From: a virus
Taxonomy: Duplodnaviria > Heunggongvirae > Uroviricota > Caudoviricetes
Virus record (IMG/VR): IMGVR_UViG_3300014515_000026
Direction: 5' to 3' (one strand)
DNA length: 6,314 nt
The translations under genes and the position numbers were made by a program. Position 1 is the stretch's first letter. Each line of letters begins with the position of its first letter. Below, one piece after another: positions 1 through 6,079 of this stretch. Under the pieces are notes generated by a model. It saw only the letters and a program-made list of their open reading frames with translations. It was not told the origin of the DNA and did no database searches.

Positions 1-663
1 GATATCACCGGCCCAAATCCGTTCAAGCAGTCCAGCCAGCCGCTCCAGCGGCAGGGCAGGATAGTGCCGTCTGACAGGAGGTGTGGTCACGCCGCCAAGG
101 TTTGCTGCAGGGTTCGTATCGATTAACTCCTGATGGACCGCATGGCGCATTATGTTACTCAGGTGCTGCCGTGTGCGGGACGCAACCTCCAGCAGATCTT
201 TTTCCTCGATCCCTTTCAGCAGGTCAATGAAATGACGGGGTTTAAGTTCTGATACAGGTAGGTTCCCGATGACCGGAAAGATGTGATTGTTCAGGCTGGC
301 AAGCAGACGGTCGGCGGTGTTCTGCGACCATTTCCTGTTACTTTTATGCCACGCCAGCGCCACGTTTTTAAAAACTTTCTCCGGTGTTCGTGAGCCACGT
401 TCAGCAGCCCGCTGCTGTACCGGGTTGATATTCAGCGCCAGTATTTTACGGATACCTTCACGTTGCTGTCGCGCATCAGACAGGGAGATGGCTGGATAGG
501 CACCCAGCGCAATGCGGGATTCTTTACCGCTAATACGGTATTTGAGATACCAGTGGCGGGAGCCACCCGGCTTGACCCGCAGATACAGACCGTGAGAATC
601 GGAGACTTTAAAGGGTTTATCAGAAGGCTTGAGGGTGCGGATTTTTGCGTCGGTAAGGGATAT
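1..663 (-). CDS. P4-type tyrosine integrase, N-terminal ~221 codons; the 3' part lies beyond the window start; no canonical start codon, so possibly a pseudogene
   Basis: The minus-strand frame is open from 663 down to position 1 with no stop. It translates to ISLTDAKIRTLKPSDKPFKVSDSHGLYLRVKPGGSRHWYLKYRISGKESRIALGAYPAISLSDARQQREGIRKILALNINPVQQ..., which matches the N-terminus typical of P4-family integrases as I recall it. A GGAG Shine-Dalgarno lies at 674-677 (minus). The frame opens after a TAA at 679-681. The codon where Met is expected is ATA (661-663). The ORF track's 287-499, 432-674 and 463-690 calls are other-frame overlaps. Confidence 0.8.
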   Translation of the reverse strand, partial: MSLTDAKIRTLKPSDKPFKVSDSHGLYLRVKPGGSRHWYLKYRISGKESRIALGAYPAISLSDARQQREGIRKILALNINPVQQRAAERGSRTPEKVFKNVALAWHKSNRKWSQNTADRLLASLNNHIFPVIGNLPVSELKPRHFIDLLKGIEEKDLLEVASRTRQHLSNIMRHAVHQELIDTNPAANLGGVTTPPVRRHYPALPLERLAGLLERIWAGDI

Positions 664-824
664 ATGGGGGTCACTCCATTATCGAACTAACCTGACCCCA
701 GATTTGACCACCAATTTTTCCCGATGCGTAGGGTAAAATCAAAATGCACCGAGAAGAGTTTTCACACTAACCTGTTGAATCAACATCAGATAAAGATTCG
801 CAAGGATGCATGAAAACAGAAAAT

Positions 825-900
825 TGGCTCCTCTGACTGGACTCGAACCAGTGACATACGGATTAACAGTCCGCCGTTCTACCGACTGAACTACAGAGGA
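825..900 (-). tRNA. asnT: tRNA-Asn (anticodon GUU), 76 nt, ending in CCA
   Basis: Reverse complement of 825-900 reads TCCTCTGTAGTTCAGTCGGTAGAACGGCGGACTGTTAATCCGTATGTCACTGGTTCGAGTCCAGTCAGAGGAGCCA, a cloverleaf with a GTT anticodon. The asnT name comes from its position next to mtfA and serU, as in E. coli K-12; the four E. coli Asn tRNA genes are identical, so the symbol is by context only. Confidence 0.93.
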
Positions 901-918
901 ATCGTGTGAACGGGGCGA

Positions 919-947
919 ATATTACTTAGCGGTACCTTGTCTGTCAA
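919..947 (-). promoter_or_regulatory. sigma70-type promoter for asnT: -35 TTGACA (942-947), 17-nt spacer, -10 TAATAT (919-924), followed by a GC-rich discriminator (tcgcccc)
   Basis: Read directly on the minus strand: TTGACA, 17 nt, TAATAT, then GC-rich sequence about 18 nt before the tRNA 5' end at 900. A GC-rich discriminator is typical of stringently controlled tRNA promoters. AT-rich sequence lies upstream. Confidence 0.5.
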
Positions 948-973
948 CACTAAATTTCATAAGCCATTTCAAT

Positions 974-985
974 TGGTTAATTAAC
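974..985. repeat. Perfect 12-bp palindrome GGTTAATTAACC, with a related GTTAATTAAT at 994-1003
   Basis: Seen directly in the sequence between the mtfA stop (1001) and the asnT -35. It could be an upstream AT-rich or protein-binding element (Fis or UP-like), or a weak hairpin after mtfA. Confidence 0.3.
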
Positions 986-1000
986 CTTCAAACTTGTTAA

Positions 1001-1798
1001 TTAATGAACATTCGTCGCCGAAAACGAGTCTGTATCATTAGCGTGATGCAGTCTCTGCAAAGGATCTTGTTGATAAAATTGACAGAAACGTTGCCACAAT
1101 GAAGGGAAACGAGGAGCAAAAAGTTCTGGGGCGCTAAAGAAATATTCAGAAAGTACGGCAAAACATTCAGCAGGATCACTGGCAGCATAAGCATCAATGC
1201 TCGCCGCATTCTCACCAACTAATTCGATTTCTTCCTGAATGTTGTTCATTGCAGCATGAAGATCGTGTTCCCAGCCAGCAACCTCACGCAACGAAATAAA
1301 GGGAACTCCGCTGGCGCGATCGCCGTTACGGGTGTCCAGCTTATGAGCGACTTCATGAATAATCAGGTTAAAACCAGAAGCATCAAAAGAATCTTGTATA
1401 TCCAACCAGTTCAAAACGATAGGCCCTTGCTGCCAGCTCTGACCTGACTGAACAATACGTTGGTTATGCACCAGACCGATATCGTCTTCCCATTCATCAT
1501 CGACCACAAATGGCGCAGGATAAATTAAGATTTCATGAAAACCATCCAGCCATTCCAGTCCTAACTCCAGAACGGGCAGGCAAAATAGAAGTGCTATCCG
1601 GCAGCTTCTTAATGAATTCAGCTCAAAGCCCTGTAAAGGAACAAGCCGTTTTTGCTGTAAAAAACGTTCGGCAAGAGCGACCAATTTGCTTTGTTCCTGT
1701 TCTGTCAGACACGTTAAAAGGGGGATCGATAGTGCTTCCTGCCAGGGAAGGGCAGTTTGATGTGCTGATTCTTGTACTTTCCAGGGCCACTTAATCAT
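1001..1798 (-). CDS. mtfA: MtfA (Mlc titration factor A), a zinc-dependent peptidase, 265 aa
   Basis: The ORF 1001-1837 translates to ...[28 protein letters not shown]...[10 protein letters not shown]..., which I recognise as E. coli MtfA/YeeI with its HExxH zinc motif. I place the start at the ATG at 1796-1798 (MIKWPW), matching the usual 265-aa annotation; the track's start at 1837 adds 13 codons in frame. Flanking by asnT and serU matches the K-12 gene order. Confidence 0.9.
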   Translation of the reverse strand: MIKWPWKVQESAHQTALPWQEALSIPLLTCLTEQEQSKLVALAERFLQQKRLVPLQGFELNSLRSCRIALLFCLPVLELGLEWLDGFHEILIYPAPFVVDDEWEDDIGLVHNQRIVQSGQSWQQGPIVLNWLDIQDSFDASGFNLIIHEVAHKLDTRNGDRASGVPFISLREVAGWEHDLHAAMNNIQEEIELVGENAASIDAYAASDPAECFAVLSEYFFSAPELFAPRFPSLWQRFCQFYQQDPLQRLHHANDTDSFSATNVH

Positions 1799-1847
1799 CG
1801 TTTTGCTCGCAAACTCGTCACTTGAACAAAATTGCACGGACAGGGAC

Positions 1848-1856
1848 TGTTAAAAT
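1848..1856 (+). promoter_or_regulatory. Candidate extended -10 element (TGtTAAAAT) for serU
   Basis: TGTTAAAAT lies about 36 nt upstream of the tRNA 5' end. No good -35 sits at 17-nt spacing (TTGAAC at 1822-1827 is 23 nt away). This is a weak call. It would overlap the mtfA 5' region on the other strand. Confidence 0.3.
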
Positions 1857-1891
1857 GCCAAATTTCCTGGCATCATGGCAACCATCTGAAC

Positions 1892-1981
1892 GGAGAGATG
1901 CCGGAGCGGCTGAACGGACCGGTCTCGAAAACCGGAGTGGGGGCAACTCCACCGGGGGTTCAAATCCCCCTCTCTCCGCCA
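1892..1981 (+). tRNA. serU: tRNA-Ser (anticodon CGA), 90 nt, with a long variable arm, ending in CCA
   Basis: GGAGAGATGCCGGAGCGGCTGAACGGACCGGTCTCGAAAACCGGAGTGGGGGCAACTCCACCGGGGGTTCAAATCCCCCTCTCTCCGCCA. The acceptor stem GGAGAGA pairs with TCTCTCC, the anticodon loop is CTCGAAA, and the T-arm is GGGGGTTCAAATCCCCC. Confidence 0.95.
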
Positions 1982-2026
1982 AAATTCAATCACTTACACA
2001 TCATTAAGTCAGTGACAAAAATCACA

Positions 2027-2063
2027 CTTGGAATTACTTGGAATATTTTCTTGGAATATTTTC
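2027..2063. repeat. Tandem direct repeat: two full copies of TTGGAATATTTTC (2038-2050 and 2051-2063) plus a partial copy (2027-2037)
   Basis: Seen directly. It spans the integrase stop codon (2034-2036) and last 9 codons, about 50 bp from the serU 3' end. Candidate arm-type integrase binding sites, or a simple duplication. Confidence 0.6.
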
Positions 2064-3059
2064 AGGTAACGGGACATCAAGTGTTGGTGAAACTTTAACC
2101 TTCCTGTCATAGATTAGCACTTGCCCTTCGGTTTTGTGACCAGAGAAAAGTTGCTTATCCCGGCTGCTTCCTTCATAGTCTGAAATTCCTTTCGCCTTCA
2201 GATCATGAAAGGTGAAGTCGGTTAAAATACCTGAAATTTTTCCAGCACGATTTCTTGCATCTACCCACATTTCGTTAAAGCCTTTGTACATATATCGGTT
2301 GCCGTATTGATTGCTGATTACATAGGCGGATGTTGGTAACTGTTTTGCTTTTTCGATCGCCGCCTGTAATCGTGGACTCCATGCTTTTATCTGTTTTTTT
2401 CCTGTTTTCCCTTGCTGGATAAAGATCCCGTCGTTTCCAATCTGCTCCCATTTCAGCGATAACACATCGGAAACCCTCGCTGCACACAGATAGGCAATTT
2501 CCATTGCGATAAAAACAGGAAGAGGTGCAACGCTTAATACTGCCTGGTATTCTTTGTCGGTTACATATCGTTCGCGGTTTTTGGCCTTGAATTTACTTAC
2601 ACCTGCACATGGGTTAGCTTTCACGTACCCTCGCTCATACCCCCAACTGTAAACGCGGGACATACTGCTTTTTTCATGGTTGGCTTGCGTTTTACTCTGT
2701 TCCCCCCTCTTGTCCATGTATCGACGGATGTGTTCTGGTTTTATGGAATCTGCCGGCACCTTACCGAATACGGCAAGCAACTTTTTTTGATGTTGCAGAT
2801 AATCTTTTTGTGTTCTTGGACTGAGGTCACTGTAATAGGCGCTGGCGAGGAATTTTTCCCACAAGCGACCGAATGTCATTGCACGATCGCGATTATTTAC
2901 AGTTTCCTCATACTTTTTCCATAAAGCAGCTAAACCATCCTTGATGGCGGTTAGTGTTACAGATTCTCTGGATGTTGGTTTCCATACATAACTATATTTA
3001 TTTGGGTATACATTTGGAGGTAGTTTTTCGTGTTCAGGATTTTTCCTTCGTCTTCCCAT
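2034..3059 (-). CDS. int: Lambda-type phage integrase (tyrosine recombinase), 341 aa
   Basis: Begins MGRRRKNPEHEKLPPN, like lambda Int (MGRRR...LPPN). The C-terminal region carries ...AARVSD..., ...TFHDLKAKG..., ...FSGHKTEGQVLIYDRK..., aligning with the lambda Int R / H-x-L-R / GHK / Y catalytic blocks. It lies directly beside a tRNA 3' end, and its start overlaps the stop of an upstream small gene (TGATG at 3057-3061). Confidence 0.9.
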   Translation of the reverse strand: MGRRRKNPEHEKLPPNVYPNKYSYVWKPTSRESVTLTAIKDGLAALWKKYEETVNNRDRAMTFGRLWEKFLASAYYSDLSPRTQKDYLQHQKKLLAVFGKVPADSIKPEHIRRYMDKRGEQSKTQANHEKSSMSRVYSWGYERGYVKANPCAGVSKFKAKNRERYVTDKEYQAVLSVAPLPVFIAMEIAYLCAARVSDVLSLKWEQIGNDGIFIQQGKTGKKQIKAWSPRLQAAIEKAKQLPTSAYVISNQYGNRYMYKGFNEMWVDARNRAGKISGILTDFTFHDLKAKGISDYEGSSRDKQLFSGHKTEGQVLIYDRKVKVSPTLDVPLPENIPRKYSK

Positions 3060-3262
3060 CAGATTGCACCAAAATTCGGCTCTACCTCGCGTGGTGGTAA
3101 AGTTTTATTGCAGGTAAATAGATCCCGGCTGACTATCGGTTTGCCACTACGATTGGTATAGAACGGAAGCCCGTTTTCCGTTAACCATTTTCGCTGGTGG
3201 CTTGCATATTTGCAGCCCGTTAATATTAGCAATTCATCTTCGGTTAAAAATAAGCTGCTCAT
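3059..3262 (-). CDS. Putative excisionase-like small protein, 67 aa (DUF4224-like by recall)
   Basis: Small ORF MSSLFLTEDELLILTGCKYASHQRKWLTENGLPFYTNRSGKPIVSRDLF... directly upstream of int with a 1-nt stop/start overlap, the classic xis-int arrangement. The family assignment is from memory of similar small proteins found with integrases, not from a search. Confidence 0.6.
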   Translation of the reverse strand: MSSLFLTEDELLILTGCKYASHQRKWLTENGLPFYTNRSGKPIVSRDLFTCNKTLPPREVEPNFGAI

Positions 3263-3297
3263 AGCTATATCTCATAACCGCCGCTAACTATATACGG

Positions 3298-5796
3298 CTA
3301 ACGNNNNNNNNNNNNNNNNNNNNNNNNNNNNNNNNNNNNNNNNNNNNNNNNNNNNNNNNNNNNNNNNNNNNNNNNNNNNNNNNNNNNNNNNNNNNNNNNN
3401 NNNNNNNNNNNNNNNNNNNNNNNNNNNNNNNNNNCCGTTCTGGCATCGAAGTCTATGGCTTTCCCCAGCTCAACGATTGTGCGTACATCGCGATCGTTGT
3501 AGTAACGCCACGGGCAGGGGATACCCTGTCGTTCGTATGAACGGCGTAAAATCACGTTGTCGAAGTTGGCTCCATTTCCCCAGACCTGAACAAAAAATTC
3601 ACCGGAGTTTTCGTCGATAAATTCCCGCAATTGCAGTAGTGCATCATCTAACGGAATTTCATCGGTCAGAATGGCAGATTGCGCCTCACGTGATTGCTTC
3701 AGCCACCATTTAATGACGTCACGATCAATGACTCCGCCAGCAGTATCCAGATCGATGGTCTTGCTAAATTCCGGTCCCATATCTCCGGTTTGTGGATCGA
3801 AAAATATTGCGCCTATTGAGATAATCGGGGCATCGGGATTTTTTCCCATGGTTTCAAGGTCGATCATTAGATGGTCACACGTCATGCTGGTGGATGTGAT
3901 AACGTGATGACCGTTCGCCATAATTAAGGGATCTGCCGTCTCGCCAGTTTCACTATCGCTGGCGTGGTCCTGAGCGCTGCCAGCATTCTCCTTGTGTGGA
4001 TGTTCAGCGCCTTCCATTTTCTCAGAATCGTCTTCCTGAACTTCAACCTGGTTCTTGTCATCGAATGTTTCCTGGTATGTTGCGTCGCCCATCACCGCGC
4101 CACAATCAGGGCAGTTGCCGCCACCGCTCTTACCGCAGGCGGTGCAGATCTTTTCCGGTTCCTGTTGCGCTACTGGTTCGGATTGTTTCGTTTCTGGCTC
4201 GTTTTGTTGCGTATTTGGGCTGTTTTGCTCCGCTTTCTGGTCGTTCTGTTCCGTTTCTTGCTGGTTCTGGTTCACAGAATCGCGGGTTTCAATCCCCTTC
4301 ACCCATTTCGGATCGTTCGGGTCGCTAATCCCTGCAACAAATTCACCACGCGATACTGCAAGCAGCTGATTGGCGTCAGGCTGGCTGATATTGGCTGCCT
4401 GCATAATTTTGTTTACTTCGTCAGCGGTAACTTTTACCGGCTCTGGTTGTGCGGTCGTGTCAGACGCGCCAGTATTTTGTTGTGAGCCTGAGTATGTGCC
4501 GTTTTTACGGGCAAAATATTCTTCTTTCGTGATTTCAGTAGCCCCGGTAGCCAGCGCCTTATCCAGACCTGAAAGTTTGTTTGCACGACCGTATTTTTCG
4601 CCATCCTTATCTGTGAAGAGGAAGTAGAACGGCCCCTCACGCTCTACAGATGGTTCGACTTCCACTTTGCATTCGGTTTTTTCGTTGTCCGGCATTGCCG
4701 TTTCCACTGCATCAGTTTCAGGTACTGGCGACGGGAGAGTATCAGTTGTGCTCTGATTTGTTCCTTCATCTTCAAATACGCCCTTTGTAGTCAGGTATTC
4801 AGTGATGTATTTGTTCAGTGCCACAGGGTCTTTGTGAATGTCGATCGGACGCTCACGGACAAGACCAAAAATAGTCTGACGGTTGTAGCGAACGGCATCA
4901 GGTTGTTTGCGCATTGATGCGGAAATGCGCTTCCAGTCTTCGCGATCCTTGTCGATAACTTCATTTTTTGCCCAGCGATGGATGCTGCCGTCAATGTTTC
5001 CGGCATTAATATCGCCAGGCCACAGAGCGTAGGCCAGTTCTTCATCCAGCGTTTTCCATGTCTGCTTGTATTCGCGACGAATGGCGGCAGTGGCGGGGTT
5101 GATTTTTCCTGCTGAGTTTTCAGTGTGCTGCCGGTTGACTCTGGCGCGGGCAAGATCAACAACAGACGTGTATTTCCTGGTTTCTTTGCGTCCGGCTTCG
5201 CGACGTTTTTTCCAGGTGCGTAATTCTGTCTGGATCTCAGGCCATTTTGCACCCGGCTTACATTTATGTTTAACCCACCCGATGGCGAGCAGCTTAAGCT
5301 CTGAATACATGACGTTAACTTCAGGCATTTTCATCAATGCCTCAACGATATGCCCGTCGAATGTTGCCATGTCCTCCTGCAACAATTCCTGTGCACTAAT
5401 CACCATATCAACGGTGATGTTTTCACATGTACCGAACTTAACCAGGACTGCGTTCTGTACTTCAAGGGACAGCTTGTCAAAATTGACGTTCATCGGATCG
5501 GATTCTGGTTCGACCGGAATAAAGGAAGCGGATTCCTCATCCCAGCGGTTTTCCTGCATATATTCGGTATCCCAGGAGTCTATAGCAGGGCGGGGCATGC
5601 CGGTTTTATCCTCGCAGACAAGAAATTTATAAGCGCAGTCCTGAGCAGCCGGATATTGCTCCAGGAATTGCCAGGTAAATTTGGCACGGGCGCGGCGTTC
5701 GTCACCGGCTTCAATGGCAGTGGCTACAGCAACTGCACCTTCTTCCTTTATTGCCTGTTCGTCCGGAATGGCGGCGCAAATAAAGACTTTACTCAT
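3298..5796 (-). CDS. Large prophage nuclease, RecE-like (exodeoxyribonuclease VIII family) with a C-terminal DEDD-type 3'-5' exonuclease domain; the 3' end is obscured by the N run
   Basis: A continuous 787-codon frame from the ATG at 5794-5796 (GAGG Shine-Dalgarno about 9 nt upstream) to the N run. The C-terminal region has DEDD exonuclease motifs: MIDLETMG (Exo I) and VWGNGANFDNVIL (Exo II). A CxxC-x8-CxxC zinc ribbon is at 4102-4146 and a Q/E/N-rich linker at about 4153-4284. A middle segment, LLAVSRGEFVAGISDPNDPKWVKGIETRD, resembles what I recall of RecE-family proteins. The stop at 3298-3300 applies only if the N run is true to length. Confidence 0.7.
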   Translation of the reverse strand: MSKVFICAAIPDEQAIKEEGAVAVATAIEAGDERRARAKFTWQFLEQYPAAQDCAYKFLVCEDKTGMPRPAIDSWDTEYMQENRWDEESASFIPVEPESDPMNVNFDKLSLEVQNAVLVKFGTCENITVDMVISAQELLQEDMATFDGHIVEALMKMPEVNVMYSELKLLAIGWVKHKCKPGAKWPEIQTELRTWKKRREAGRKETRKYTSVVDLARARVNRQHTENSAGKINPATAAIRREYKQTWKTLDEELAYALWPGDINAGNIDGSIHRWAKNEVIDKDREDWKRISASMRKQPDAVRYNRQTIFGLVRERPIDIHKDPVALNKYITEYLTTKGVFEDEGTNQSTTDTLPSPVPETDAVETAMPDNEKTECKVEVEPSVEREGPFYFLFTDKDGEKYGRANKLSGLDKALATGATEITKEEYFARKNGTYSGSQQNTGASDTTAQPEPVKVTADEVNKIMQAANISQPDANQLLAVSRGEFVAGISDPNDPKWVKGIETRDSVNQNQQETEQNDQKAEQNSPNTQQNEPETKQSEPVAQQEPEKICTACGKSGGGNCPDCGAVMGDATYQETFDDKNQVEVQEDDSEKMEGAEHPHKENAGSAQDHASDSETGETADPLIMANGHHVITSTSMTCDHLMIDLETMGKNPDAPIISIGAIFFDPQTGDMGPEFSKTIDLDTAGGVIDRDVIKWWLKQSREAQSAILTDEIPLDDALLQLREFIDENSGEFFVQVWGNGANFDNVILRRSYERQGIPCPWRYYNDRDVRTIVELGKAIDFDARTXXXXXXXXXXXXXXXXXXXXXXXXXXXXXXXXXXXXXXXXXXXXR
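3304..3434. other. Run of 131 N: an assembly gap or masked sequence inside the 3' end of the nuclease gene
   Basis: Seen directly. The ORF track's 832-aa call reads through it as 44 X codons. Confidence 1.
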
Positions 5797-5875
5797 TTTG
5801 TTTTACCTCATTACAGATTTAAGGGTGAACAAATCCCTGCCATTGCTGGCATATAAAAATGAAACTGGATATTAA

Positions 5876-6079
5876 TTACGGCGCTGTTTTTAATCCTGCC
5901 GGGATTTCGTTATTATCCATGCGAATAACTTTCTCGACCGGATAACAGTTACCAGGAATTTTCTGTTCTGCTGCGGCAGCCATACATTCTTTCATTGAAC
6001 CATATATACCAGTAACCACATCAACAGGTTCGCCAGTATTAAGAAAAACAGTCAGAGTGAGGGCAACAGCAGTATTCAT
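5876..6079 (-). CDS. Small hypothetical prophage protein, 67 aa, with a hydrophobic signal- or TM-like N-terminus and two Cys; DUF1482-like by recall
   Basis: MNTAVALTLTVFLNTGEPVDVVTGIYGSMKECMAAAAEQKIPGNCYPVEKVIRMDNNEIPAGLKTAP. I prefer the ATG at 6077-6079, which overlaps the upstream stop as ATGA and has AGGA about 10 nt upstream. The track's longer start at 6133 has no Shine-Dalgarno. Confidence 0.5.
   Translation of the reverse strand: MNTAVALTLTVFLNTGEPVDVVTGIYGSMKECMAAAAEQKIPGNCYPVEKVIRMDNNEIPAGLKTAP

Noticed and set aside
1-6. GATATC (EcoRV site) exactly at the window start
   Set aside because: Probably coincidental or a cloning or windowing boundary; no biological inference possible.
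287-690. ORFs 287-499 (+), 432-674 (-) and 463-690 (+)
   Set aside because: All overlap the P4-type integrase reading frame, which has clear family-like sequence. Their translations are Pro/Ser/Cys-rich and not protein-like.
997-1837. ORFs 997-1218 (-), 1256-1447 (+), 1510-1794 (+) and the 13-codon N-terminal extension of mtfA (start at 1837)
   Set aside because: Shadow ORFs within mtfA. The extension is not part of the 265-aa MtfA as usually annotated, and the MIKWPW start matches my recollection of the protein, though the longer start cannot be excluded.
1822-2098. ORFs 1822-2007 (+) and 1832-2098 (+)
   Set aside because: They run through the serU tRNA gene and the int 3' end; they are artefacts of the open frame across a structured RNA gene.
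2275-2924. ORFs 2275-2487 (-) and 2676-2924 (+) inside the integrase gene
   Set aside because: Alternative-frame or antisense overlaps with a well-supported integrase CDS.
3193-3893. Two Chi octamers (GCTGGTGG) on the plus strand at 3193-3200 and 3886-3893
   Set aside because: Chi is over-represented throughout E. coli genomes (roughly one per 4-5 kb), so two in 6.3 kb is about expected; not evidence of a special feature.
4434-5252. Minus-strand ORFs 4434-4640 and 4815-5252 in alternative frames inside the nuclease gene
   Set aside because: Out-of-frame overlaps with the 832-codon ORF, with no start-site signals and no motif support.
3671-5875. Plus-strand ORFs antisense to the nuclease gene (3671-3907, 3964-4485, 3996-4328, 4055-4369, 4370-4627, 5066-5632, 5350-5856, 5681-5875)
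   Set aside because: They lie entirely inside a long, well-supported minus-strand gene. Their translations are low-complexity or Cys/Arg/Leu-rich with no recognisable motifs. They are typical shadow ORFs.
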